64,000 bases of DNA, from the NCBI GenBank assembly GCA_053919585.1, contig CM132796.1; one strand, 5' to 3'. Positions within the stretch are counted from its first letter, which is position 1. Each line of letters starts with the position of its first letter. This DNA is from Euprymna scolopes (taxonomy: Eukaryota). Positions 37,352 through 50,499 of this stretch are shown in pieces. The notes below the pieces were generated by a model, which was given only the letters and a program-made list of their open reading frames with translations, ran no database searches and was not told the origin of the DNA. The translations under genes and the position numbers were made by a program.

Positions 37352-38560
37352 TCACATCATGATTCGAACCATCATAAGCAAACGAGGCTTATATCCCGTT
37401 TGAAGAAAATGATTCGGAGTTAAAATACTAACGTTTTTGTCGGCAGAAGCAAGATAAGTGAGGAGTTTGTCATATATTGCCTTTTGCACATCAGATAGTT
37501 CAGTCAGAAATTCAAAATAATCCAACTTTCTTCTACCCAACAGTTTCCTCAAACATTGTTTGACAGTTTTAATAAGTATTTCCCAGTCCCCTCCCCCTGC
37601 CAGGCAGAGTAAAGGGGAATTGTTCGATGGACGATGTGTATGGATTTAAATTGTTCCTTCAACTCATCCGATGCGAGCACGTACGATAACAATATTCCGA
37701 TCGCAACAAAAGATTTCGCGTTATCGGAATATACATGCGTAGGGATACCAAATACATTGGTAAACCTAACAAACGCCATCATAAAAGAGCGGATGCTCAT
37801 ATCCGGCAATAATTCCAAGTGAATTGCACGCAAACTCATGCATGTAAAGAGTAATATGTACATTTTAACTTCTCCCCTCCAACTTTAATAGAAAATTGAC
37901 CGATGAAATCCACACAAATTAGTTTGAATGCGCGAACAAAGTTCACCCTATGAGCAGGCAATAATGACACTAAAGGTCCCTTACAAGGCAGAGCATTTAT
38001 TTTTTTACATACGCTGCAAGTACGCACAAGTGCTTTTACGGCTTGTCTCCCTGGAGGGATCCAAACCTGAGAGAGTGTTAACTTACTAATGATTGAATTA
38101 ACCCCCATGTGGCAACAGTTAAGATGAGCTTCCTGAATCGCCAGTTTTGTTAAATAATGACTTTTTCCTAACAAAAGGGGGAACTTGACCTCGAAGGGCA
38201 GAATGTCAGAATTCTGCATCCTGCCTCTGGTTTTAATTACCCAATCTTTATCAAGGAATAACACTAAGACAGTTACCCTAGGGGGAGGCACCTTACAGGA
38301 TGGTTGTTTCAAATAACATATTTCATGAGGGAAAGCCTCCATTTGCGTATTAGAAAATAGCAATAATTTGGCCCTATTAAAATTGTCAGCACTACGGTGA
38401 CATAACAAATCATAAAATGTCAACACTTTTTCTAAGACGCTGATTGCCTTAGATAAGCTGGAAATACCATGTAATATCTAACGCTGATTGCCTTAGATAA
38501 GCTGGAATACCACGTAATATCTAACGGGAAGGGATTTTCAGAAGGACGTGTCTCCGGAGA
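37352..38560 (-). pseudogene. pol: Fragment of a second BEL/Pao family (integrase Zn finger and catalytic core)
   Basis: AHLNCCHMGV..CSVCKK, CVDFIG, LLFTCMSLRAIHLEL, SDNAKSF; no LTRs. A 44-bp tandem duplication lies at 38437-38523. Confidence 0.9.
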
Positions 38561-39578
38561 GTGTAATTAATAAAATAACAGATATAATTATCTGTAAATA
38601 TTAAAGTGAAAAAAAAAAAAAAACGCCAATATTATTTCAAAAAAAAATTGTGTAATGATAAATAAACACGCTAACTAAATGGCCGCCTGCGATTAATAAA
38701 GCCAACATTTGGGCAAAGCTCTAAGGAATATGATCCAGCTAAACATTTATAACCAAATTTGAAATTCCCGAACGACACCAAGGCTGCTTGTAAAAAAAAA
38801 ACTGGGGGGCGGCGGAATTAAACCCTTTCCCTCCCACTATTTTTTAAATGAAATAGCAGCGGTATACTTACCCGCATGTTGAATTTACTTATAACGGCAC
38901 TAGTTGAATTTCAGAAGACCCTCTCCCCTCGCTGTTCTCTTATATCGCAATTTCTTAAACGTCACTTGCAAAAATTCAAAAAGCGATCACGTTTTTGTTT
39001 TAACGGTTAATTAAAAAAATGTCTTTTGGGACGCTGATATTAAAGCTTAAAGTTTTCGCAAATCAGTTTGCACTCTGGAGACGAATGCGTGTTCAAGATA
39101 AATGTATTTTAATTTTTATGTTTAATTTCTAATATTAATAACTACATTCTATTTCAGTACTTAATTTATATTTTTAGCTCCTGATTGTTTTATTTAATGA
39201 TAGCGCTTTCTTGTCATAAATGTTTATTATATCTACCAAGTTGATTGCATGAACAGATTAGGAAATTGTATTCATTGTTAATTTGTGAGAGGTGAATCTA
39301 TCACTATACGTTCCCTTTAAAAAACACGCCAGTTGGACTTTTATTAAGTACAATACTTAATAATTTTTTTTTGTTAAAGGAGAGTAGAGAACGTTTTGTG
39401 GAAGCGCTGTCGGCAGCTCCCGTTACTCTCGCTTCTCTTTATTTGTCCCTCAGTCCTCATTTTTTTTAATTAGTAATTTTTCTGACAAAGGGAGAAGAAA
39501 AAGCGGTATTCTAGGTTGGCAGTATTTTGCGTGAACAGTCGACAGAGATGGCGGAAATTTTCTGTTCTATGTCTATCC

Positions 39579-42500
39579 TTGTAGCCATGTCACTAGTAAG
39601 GGTGCTGGAGGTAAACGTTTTATCTGGGCTGACGTTATCCGCCTGATAGTCAGGGACCCGAACCTTGGATTAACCACTAAGGAGGCTGTCCTATCAGCAG
39701 GCGCAAAGTACTGGGACTGCTTTATTGCCATTTAATGAATGGATTCTGGACCATACAGTAGTCTCTGGTGGGGCCTCTCGATGCCATACTAGTGGGTAAT
39801 TGTTACGGCTTTACCTTATCATGTGCTACAAAAAAAAATTCTTCGTTACTTTTCTCTCTTTGTTTCCCCTCTCTGTCCTGCTCTAAGCAAGTCTGATGAC
39901 CTAGTCCACAAACTCGAAAATTCCATCATGACAAGTTTCAATAAAAAATACACGATAAAACCCGGATATGAATCTTCCAACGTAGACACCCACTACTATG
40001 TCTCCTTCTCCAACATCAGAGGTCTACGTTCTAACCTTCCAGAGGTTGAAGCCCAATTACAGGAGACTAAACCAGACCTTTTATTTTTAAGCGAAATTGG
40101 AATTGGACAGACTATTTCCCTAAATGAGTTCGTAATTCAAGGATACTCTAACCTAACTTCCAAATCTGACCCCCAAGATCGCCATGGGCATGGAATATGT
40201 GCCTATATAAAAGATGGCTTTCCATGTGGTAGGGACATCTCCAGAGAAGATCCTAACTTACCCTATATGTGCTTCCGAGTAGCACTAGCTCACACTACGG
40301 CATTTATATTTACTCTCTATCGCCCCCATAACAGCGGAGTTACTATCTTTAAAATCATATCTGAGAAAATTGACCAAGTTCTATCAGCTTATCCTTCAGC
40401 TAACATTCACATATGTGGAGACTTCAATGTTCATAATGTGGAATGGTTGACCCACTCAAACAAGACCGATGATGAGGGGAGATTCTGTCATGATTTCTCC
40501 ATTGCTTATGACCTCACTCAGATTGTTACACGAAGCCACCCGTGTGCCCGACAATGACGGCCAGTATGCAAGTCTCCTAGAAATGTAATACGTCCTCAGA
40601 CGTACCTCTCCATCGTACAGTATATCGATACACTATGGCTGACTGGGATAGTTTCCGTACATTTATATCGGATCGTCCTCTGCGTTCCATGTTTAAAAAG
40701 GATGTTTCGTCTATAGTATCAGACCTGACAGAATGGTTAATTGTAGGTATAGACAATTTCATACCCTCGAAAAAGTTCCAGCAAAAACCTAACAGCCAGC
40801 CATGGTTTTCTTCAGAATGTGCTGCTGCTACTGCGCATAGAAATTACTTTTTCCACTGCTTCCAACGTAATAGATGTATGGAAACTAAAGCCGCTTTCAG
40901 GACTGCCAGCAACCATTGTAAGAAAGTAATAAAGAACGCAATGGAGTTGTATGCTTAGTCCGTCAAGTCCAAAGTAGCTGAGCAGCGGCTTGGTTCCCAC
41001 CAGTTTTGGCAAATTGCAAACAGAATCCTGAACAGAAGCGTGTGCTCTATCCCAACTATCATCAATGGATCTGAGTTACTCTCGTCAGCATCAGACAAAT
41101 CCAAACTCTTTGCCAAGAACTTTGCAGCCAATTCTACCCTTTGCGACCAAGGCCGCCAACCCCCAATATTTCCTCCTGTATCAGAAAACACACTATGTGA
41201 TATACAAATATATGTATGTGATATTGCCAAGCTAATCAAAAACCTTGATTCAAGTAAAGCAACCGGCCCTGACGGTATTCCAATTATACTACTCAAAAAA
41301 CTTCAACCAGAACTACCACCTATACTTACAAAACTGTTTAAACGTTGTCTGAAAGGAAAATTGCTTCTCATCATCCTGGAAAATCTCATCAGTATGCCAT
41401 GTATTTAAGAATTCAGGTGATCGTTCATGCCCCTCTCAGTACAGGCCAATAAGTCTCCTGTGTGTCATGAGTAAGTTGCTGGAATCTGTGTTAAATAGAG
41501 AAGTAGTCAACCATCTCAGCAAAAATAACCTTCTTAGTGACACACAATATGGTTTCCGTTCTGCTAGATCTACAGCAGATGTGCTTACAGTTATATCTCA
41601 TAGGATTAGCGAATCTCTCGACAGAGGCAACCTTTCTAGGGCAATTGCACTTGACATATCAAAGGCCTTTGATAGGGTATGCCATAAAGGTTTACTTCAC
41701 AAGATCTCCATCTATGGTATAGTTGGAAATGTCTTCTTAATTATTAAATCATTTCTCTCTGATAGGTTCATAAGAGTAGTAATTGATAGGCAAAAATCAG
41801 AAGCTCACAGTATTAATGCTGGAGTCCCTCAGGGGTCCATCCTGGGCCCAACTCTTTTCCTGATCTACATTAATGATCTTCCAAATCACATCCTTACATC
41901 ATTCGTAGACATTTTTGCTAACGACACTACCATCTATGGTCGCACATCTAAGACAGTAAACGACCAAGTTCTCTCCGATTCTCTCTCCTCTGATCTTGAT
42001 CACATTGTACAATGGGGAAAGAAGTGGCTGGTTACTTTTAATGCATCTAAAACCAAGCTTCTATTTTTACATCATCAACCTTCTGATCCCAATTTGGCAT
42101 CAATTAAAATGAATTGCTCTCGTCTTGGGGAGGCCTCAAGTTTTGACAGGCTTCTGGGCTTGATCTTTACTCCTGATCCTTAATGGAAGACATACATCAA
42201 ATCTGTTGCCAAGGCTGCTGGAAAAATGGTCGGATCCTTCTATCGATTCAGTAGATATCTCACTGCTGAGGCAATTCTCTATCTATATAAGAGCCAGATA
42301 CGTCCAAGGATGGAATACTGTTGCCACATATGGGCAGGAGCTGCTAGAAAAGACTTGTCGGCCTTGATAGGGTTCAAAATAGACTTCGTGGCCTGGTGGG
42401 AGATGTCCTTTTCTCTTCGCTGCAACCTCTACCTCACAGAAGAGATGTTGCGAGTTTGTCTCTGCTTTATCGTTATTTTCATGGAAAGTGTTCGACTGAG

Positions 42501-42865
42501 CTTCAATCAATGGTCCCCCCTCACCAAACTTTCACAAGAAACACTAGACTAGCTGAAAACATTATCAATAATTTTCCACACTCTTTATCTGGTCCTAAAC
42601 CTAAACATAGATTCCATGATCAAAGCTTCTTTCTTAGAACTGCACACCTGTGGAATTGTCTTCCGTTTTCCTGCTTTTCAGCTGTCTATATTATGGTTGT
42701 CTTCAAGTCCAACGTGAACAAGTTTCTGATGAGCCGTTCCACTTAAGTTAACAAATTTACCGAAATTCCTATCGATTACTATATTGTCCTTTTTACTACT
42801 CTACACTCTTCAACCCTTATCCTTGAATGGCCGATCGGCCTTGATAAGTGGTGACGCCTATGTAA
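39579..42865 (+). mobile_element. Near full-length single-ORF CR1/L2-group (jockey-superfamily) LINE
   Basis: Structured 5' region, APE plus RT ORF, and the 3' end ggccttgataagtggtgacgcctatgtaa shared with the truncated copies. The 5' boundary is approximate. Confidence 0.9.
39928..42746 (+). pseudogene. LINE ORF2 (apurinic-like endonuclease plus reverse transcriptase), frameshifted
   Basis: SNIRGL..PDLLFLSE..ICGDFNVH (APE); KATGPDGI, QYGFRSARST, ALDISKAFDRV, GVPQGSILGP, FANDT (YADD site mutated), MEYCCHIW. Confidence 0.93.
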
Positions 42866-43991
42866 TTAATAAAGCAAAAATTTGGGCAAAGCTCTCAGAA
42901 ATATGATCCAGCTACACATTTATAACCGAATCTCAAATTTCTGAGCGACACCAAGGTTGCTTGAAAAAAAAATGGGGGGGGGATTAAACACCTTTCCTCT
43001 CCCACTATTTTTTAAATAAATTTTCAGCTCACATAAGCATGTTTGATAACTGACAACAGTAGCACAAAATGCAAAAAAAAAAAAAAACATTAAAACATGA
43101 CATTACAATTACAATCAACATTGGCAATCTCAATTTAAACATGGCAACGAAAAGGCCGCCAGCCATTAATCTCAATTAAAAATAATCAATGATTAAAAAT
43201 CAAATTAATATCCAATACGTGCAATAAACACATTCAAAGTGTGGCTTTTACAATTAACATTGAAATTGCGAAAAATAAAGCATTAACGGTTTCTTACTTC
43301 CTGTTCTTTTTACGTCTACAGAATTTGAATCGAAGTTTTTTTTCAATTTAGCCTCAGACAAATGATCTACGTGGGATCTTAAATTAAAAAAAGATGCAAC
43401 TATATCCTACGCAATTTTAGACGTAAGAATAATTCCTAATTGTCTTTACTTATTTTTATTAAGAGTGCAAACATATCGTTAAACGAAACTTATTAATGTC
43501 TTATTAGTTTTTTCTGACATAAATTACCTTTACGAAATAATTACATTTCTGATTTAACGAAACAGAAAAAAATCTCTTTTAATCTGCTCAAATTATGAAA
43601 AAAAATATTCTGCTCGTCTTAAATCAAGAATTTACACAAATTATAACTAATCATTAAGTTAGCAAAAATAATGAGATATTACGCCTTGAAAAAACACCTG
43701 AGGATATATTTAAACTAGCTATTTTGCCAAAAATGAGAATCTAAACGTTTGCGCAAAGAGAATCAGTTTTTTTTGCCGTTTTGCAATAAGAGGAGAATGT
43801 GAGAAATTTCTTTCTCACACACCTCAAATTCCTCCCTGCAGTAACAAATGAATTCCACAAACAAAAGCAATACCTTTAAACTAAAAAATTATTCACAAAT
43901 AAAAGCAATGAAAGTTATAGTCCTGTAGCAAAACAGTGGCCTGATTTGTCCCCATACGCATGAAGTCTTTAGTATTCCTATTGTTGGAATG

Positions 43992-44909
43992 TTAGTTCAT
44001 TGTTTCTTTAGATGGATCCATGAAAATCATAGAGAACACGACGGGAATAATGGCGCCTATAATCAGGCATAATGTGAGCCCTATGGGCCTCAAGAAGAAA
44101 TAAGATAAGATCCAATAATCGGAAAAATAACATGCCAAACAGAAGTAGAATGTCCTCCTTGATTTGAATAGGTTCAGCAAAATCAGTAGTCTGTATTGTA
44201 GAGATTTTTCCTTCATACACCGACTGTTCGGTGACCATGAAGGAATTGTCTTGGCTCCCTAGTGAGGGAATCGCTGGTTTGAGTCTGTATCGTTCCGTGT
44301 TCTTTCTCAATCTGAAAAATAAACAGATGAATACAAAAAAAAGGCGCCAAGTCAAATCACCTGACACGTTCAAATTTAAACCAATCACAGACCGCCTACC
44401 AAACCGTGTAGGCGGGCTAAAAGAAAGATGGCGGTTGAATCTGGAATTTCTCACAACATATATATATATATGCATGTGTGTATGTGTGTGTGCGTGTGTG
44501 TATGTCTGTGTGTGTGTGTGTGTGTGTATTAACACAGAAAATATTTTGCATGCTTTTGTTTGGTCCATGCTTCTGTTTTTTTGCAATGGCAGTTCTTGGT
44601 GTATTTTTGGAGACAATTCTGGGCTATTCAATATAAATGGAGTGATCCTGGTTTCAGCAAGTCGATTAAGTCTTCCTGATCTACTTTGTGCTGGGTCAAT
44701 TCACGCAGTAAATATATTTCATGCTTTTGTTTGGTCCGTTCTTCTAAAATTTTGCAATGGAGGTTCTTAGTGTATTTTTGAAGACAGTTTTGGTCTATTT
44801 TCGTAGCAGATGTATTTTCTGACATTGCCTCATTTGTAAGACATACTTGTCCATAATGTTTGACCAGTTTCGTGATGGGTGTGCTTTTTTCTGTCGGATC
44901 GTGTTTCAT
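43992..44909 (-). other. Possible decayed gene segments: hydrophobic frames after a splice-acceptor-like site, with an upstream ~85 bp direct repeat
   Basis: tttatttttcag| at ~44313, overlapping frames ILLLFGMLFF and GLTLCLIIGAIIPVVFSMIF, and a repeat at 44538-44620/44709-44790. No homology recognised. Confidence 0.2.
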
Positions 44910-45135
44910 AATGTATGTACCATTTGGAGGTTTATATTTTTGATGCTCATTAGATATTGCTGTTTATGCCAGTAAAGAATGGCAAAGCAGTATGTTAACA
45001 AGGTCATGGCTGATTGTTTAATGGCCGTTAATTTTTTTTTTTTTAAATCTTGTTATATAGATTTTTCTTACACGGCGTACATATTCACATTCATTTTTTT
45101 CTCTCATCTTTGCATGTTGAATATATACATATATA

Positions 45136-45186
<51 letters not shown>

Positions 45187-46429
45187 ACGTTGATATGTGT
45201 ATATTGAGATTTATGTATGCCATTATAAAAATGAGGTGAATGCAATATTTTTTACTTCTTTCCACTTCCTATTCATGTGATTGTTGTGAGAATTTCTGCT
45301 GCATCGATAATGTCCAATTTATTGTCAGTTCTTGCCGTTTTTCAACTGCCATGTTGCAGTTTTACCGCCTTGCGCACGGAAAAAAATATCAAAGCGAACA
45401 AACATGTTTTGTCATCCGACCTCTTAAAAATAGCAGGTTTATATATCAGGAGGTTATCTGCTGGAAATCAAATCCTAATTAATAACCATTCTCTTGCCTC
45501 GGCATAAACGAAAGCAAACAAATAAACGAGAATATATATTTTAGGTTGCAACCAAAGTTTAAGAAAGGGTTTATATTATATACTTATCGGACGGCCGGAC
45601 AGGCAGGATTTAAAAAGACTAAGTCTCTTTAACAAATGCGTGATGGATCTTCGAGAGATGTTTTAAAAGTAATAACACATTTTTTTTATCTTCCCAATTG
45701 GGTCAGATGGGATTGAAAATTTGCATTGGTATAATGAATTGATTTACTTGTTTATGACTTAAAAGTTTATTCTTTCTGTAGAAGATATTGACAGTTTGAG
45801 ACTAAGACAGCAACACTTTTCCTAGACGTTCATCAGAAGCAGATATGCCTCATTGAATTCCTCCATACAGAAAAAAATTGAATCGATAAACACTCAATAG
45901 CGCCTGTTGAGCATTCATTAAACCGATCCAGTGGATTTCAGCACAGTTTAGAGAAAGGTTCCTCGATTTAAGAGTGCTCACAACAATGCGAATGACAAAG
46001 CGAGCTCCGAACCTTTACGAGCATTGAAATAGGCTAAAAACTAGCATTGAGAATGTTAGTAATTATATAGAAAATTAAATTCAGGAACACGAAAACTTCG
46101 CTCATTTTGATTGCATAACTTTTGTCTTAGTATGTCTTTCACGTTTTAGTTTTCAAGTTAAAAAATACCAGACCTCACTTTTGTGAACGATCCATTTTAA
46201 AATAATAAAACTACATTAGTTTAAATGAGATTATAAACGAAATATCCATATTTAACAATTATATGCTCTAAGAATTGATCAAATGGGGCACAAAAGTAAG
46301 GCGAGTGTCTTCTTTAGAGATATATGATAACTAGGGTTATAAAAAGAGAATGTTTTCATTATTTTCCCTCTCGAGTATATATCAGTTAATATATGTTTTC
46401 AGATAGAGTGACGTGGTTCCTGATTGATT

Positions 46430-46443
46430 TACCGTGTCTGTGT

Positions 46444-46517
<74 letters not shown>

Positions 46518-47207
46518 CGAGATAAGACACTGATAGAATTCCGATGAAAATCCTGATAGATATTACTTGAAGTAACAATTTCAGGGTGATCTTAGCCAAA
46601 AAAGGAAACACTCAATATTTCAGAATAGAGCAAGTCACCGAACTTCCAACAATCGTACTCAAAATATATTAACTACTGAACCAAAAACACTAGAGAGCTC
46701 CATTGGCTCCCACTATGCTAACCCCATAAATGAGACATATGATAACACCCAAGTTACTCAGGAACCCCATCTTGAAAACAACTCGAACCTAATTATCCCT
46801 TTCCCCTCTGCAAGTTTATCCCACCTCCATAGTAGAAACTCCAACAGCTTAAGCACCACTAATGCAAATGTAAAATCCCACACGTATATCGGCGCAACTG
46901 CAAATCTAATTAAACTGAGAATTTCCAACCATGTAAGCTCCTTTAATAATGACAATCCAAATAGCAATAGAGCCACCTCCTTAACAACTCTGATTAAAGA
47001 CCTCCAACGTAGGAATATTCCGTACTAAAATGGGATTTATTGAAAAAATCCAATTCATACACTTATAAATCCAGATTCTGCAACCTTTGCACCTCAGAAG
47101 CAGCTGCAATAACAAATCCTAAAGCCACGATACACACCAAACATGAGCTTATTTCGTTATGCAAGTACAGGAAAAAAATCAAGTATAGCCAGCTCAAAAC
47201 CACTTAA
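46430..47207 (+). pseudogene. Penelope-like element (Naiad-type) C-terminal GIY-YIG endonuclease remnant
   Basis: Manual translation of 46872-47207 gives KSHTYIGATANLIKLRISNHVSSFN..RATSL..IPY / LKWDLLKKSNSY..RFCNLCTSE..KHELISLCKYRKK-stop. Confidence 0.82.
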
Positions 47208-47813
47208 GTCACCAAACCTGAACTAGTTTTTGCAATTTGCCCCTATGTGTACACGCATGAATCTGCACGTGTATGAGTATATATGTATGCATGCATGAGG
47301 GGCTGGATGCTGTATGCTTTGTATTTGTGTTAATATATACGTATGCCTATATGTGTACTTATGCATGTGCGTGTTTGAGTATATAATTGCCTGTACACGT
47401 CTGTGTNNNNNNNNNNNNNNNNNNNNNNNNNNNNNNNNNNNNNNNNNNNNNNNNNNNNNNNNNNNNNNNNNNNNNNNNNNNNNNNNNNNNNNNNNNNNNN
47501 NNNNNNNNNNNNNNNNNNNNNNNNNNNNNNNNNNNNNNNNNNNNNNNNNNNNNNNNNNNNNNNNNNNNNNNNNNNNNNNNNNNNNNNNNNNNAATTCCCT
47601 TATCTATGTGGGTGTATAGATGTACGTTTTGTGTTGAGTGTGTATACATATGATTATATACTGGAGTATATGTATACATGTGTATGCGCGTGTGTGTGCA
47701 TGCATACGCGTAATAATCTGTATGCATATATATATAGTATAAGAATGCGTGTGTATATAAGTGTGCATTTATATATGCATGGTATGTATCAGTGTGTGTG
47801 CGTATGTGCTGGA

Positions 47814-47861
<48 letters not shown>

Positions 47862-50499
47862 AATTTATATATTATAATAAAAGAATGTATATATGTAAAA
47901 ATATTTTAACCTTTATATATCTAATTTTAAATAAATAAGAATGTCAATATACTAAATACTAATCATAGTGGGGGTTATATGTAGTTAATTAATCTTAATC
48001 TTATAAATACAAGATTGATAAATTAAAAAAAATTAAAAAATGTATCCATTTTAAATGTGGAAATTGATGAATTGCACAGGTAAGAAATTCATTTTTATAG
48101 TATGAAAAGGTTAGTAATTGCAATTAAGAATAGGAAATTGGATCAAATGTTTGTAACATGTCTTCTTCCTAAGATTAAATGTGGTGGTGTTTGATCAACA
48201 CTGCTGGGGAGCCATGATGTAATATACTGTTTTGTTTTTAAATCCCCGAAACAGTGTTTCAAGGTAAACAACTGATGATCCCTTGAAAAATAAATTATTG
48301 CTATTATAGTAAATTCGAGAGCGAGTTGATGCAGTGATTGCAGGTGATTAAATGACTTACTTACTAGATGGTTTTCTTACGAATGATAAAAAATATTTTT
48401 TGCATAGTTTTNNNNNNNNNNNNNNNNNNNNNNNNNNNNNNNNNNNNNNNNNNNNNNNNNNNNNNNNNNNNNNNNNNNNNNNNNNNNNNNNNNNNNNNNN
48501 NNNNNNNNNNNNNNNNNNNNNNNNNNNNNNNNNNNNNNNNNNNNNNNNNNNNNNNNNNNNNNNNNNNNNNNNNAGCCGTAAATTAGCACTCTCTAGCTGT
48601 CTGCATTTCCCCGGACCATCTGTATGCGCAAATGGGGAATTCTCCCCTCTCTAAAATAGAACTATTAGATAAACCCGATCAATTGTTGATGTATGTATAC
48701 GTTTAACTGTGAGGTGCACGCTCGTTGTATTTGTATTTGTAGATATATCAGTGTGCGCACCTTTATCTATGTTTAAACAAAACACTTATGTAGATATGTT
48801 TATTTGCTGTATGTATGCAATGGTATGCATATGCGGGTGTAATTTGCATGCTTGCACATCATTATAGGAATGTTCGGCCGTTCATATGGACGCAGCTGTA
48901 CACTCAGTTACACGCGCATGCAGGCGCGCCTGGGTGTATATGTAGTTCTCTGAGTGTGCGCTTTTTCTCTTATGTGTGCTTGAATGTATGTTTTATGATG
49001 TGTATATATGTAAGTGTGTACACATGTGCATTAGTATAAGGATACGTGTGTATATAAGTGTGCATTTATATATGCATCGTATGTATCAGTGTGTGTGCGT
49101 ATGTGTATACTATGTATATGTACATGCACGTGTATATATATATATATATATCTGTATATGTGCGTATGTATGTGTGTCTGTGGATGTATATGTGCTTATA
49201 TCTGCACTTATGTTTAGATTTGACTGATTGATATGCAGTTTATTATTATATAGATATATAAATTCAACCACGTTTTGGCAAATCAAATCTCCCAACTATA
49301 AAAATAGCTAATTAACCAGAGTATATAAAGCACTCACTCGAACATCGATCCCAACCCAACGAACAGACAAACCTACTCATCCACAGATCGTCTCCAAACA
49401 GAAATATATAGATTTTAAATAAATTTTAAATAAAATTAATTAAACCAGATGACACTACGACAACAAGCGTAATGAACAAAGTGTTTCTCAGTTAATCAAG
49501 TTGCCTTTTAATATACCCTCCAAATTAAAAGAACCCAACCATAAACTCACTTAAATAAGTAACCCTCCAAGCATTCAAAAAAGAACATGTCTCATCTCTA
49601 TATCCACCTATCCCCCTCACCCATCCGCACAGCAAAAACAGAACGCACACCCCCATTGAAAATCACAAGAATATCCATTTACCATTTGAACTTAAAATCA
49701 AGAGGTCACCATATTACCGAATACTAAAATACAACCGCCCGAACAAATTCTATTAAGCACCTGTCTGCTCGCCTAACTTTAACCCTTCCCCCTCTCTCTT
49801 GACCCGTTCTACTTCACCCCACTCTCCTCTTTCCCTCATCTAAAAGGCTTCCCTCACACACTATCAACAAGAAAGCGAACAAGCACTCTACTGAGATTCA
49901 CACTAGAAGCCAGTGATTCAAATCACAGTTCTGAATATAATCTCCCGGATTATTTTGCTATTTTGCTACCCAACACTATTGATTTCGAGGTCCATTGCAT
50001 ACATAACTCAATTCTCAAATTCGCTTACCTACGGGGATAATTACAATAACTACCTAATGAATTAATTTTATTCAAACAATTTTCACTACATAAATATATG
50101 CAAATAATAGGGGGGGAAATAAATTCAATCCAGCGACTGACACCCTTTCTAACTCAACAATAAACAACAACATATGCAAATAATAAATAAAATATTTATC
50201 AATATTCAAATTTTATTTTTAGCTGCAATATTTTAAGTCTAAAAAATTCTTATTTTTTACTTTACTAGAATATCTTGTTCTTTACTTTTCCAGGTTGAAT
50301 TTCTTGTCCTTTACTTTTCCAGGTTTAATAAAATCTTAAGAATATTACTTTTCATGCGCGCATTTTTCCATATAATCCATGATTTTTCCAGGCATTGCTA
50401 TTGTATTAATATATAAATTTATAATATTTATTAATGATTGTCAAAAAAATTAGCTCTCAAACACACATTTAGCAATATTTATCATTCAATCACAGTAGT

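Larger units (their letters stand above)
38691..43021. repeat. ~160-bp diverged direct repeats (38691-38854 and 42865-43021) bracketing the LINE
   Basis: attaataaagc..tttgggcaaagctct..atatgatccagcta..cgacaccaagg..ctcccactattttttaaat is present in both. Confidence 0.8.

Noticed and set aside
48200-48300. GGGGA..TCCCC-GAAAC with a nearby CTGATGA
   Set aside because: The core elements are mutated or cannot be assembled with convincing stems; too degenerate to call.
49260-50160. C/A-skewed segment, with a similar one at 59750-60560 on the minus strand
   Set aside because: Probably old retroelement remnants, but no diagnostic motif could be read.
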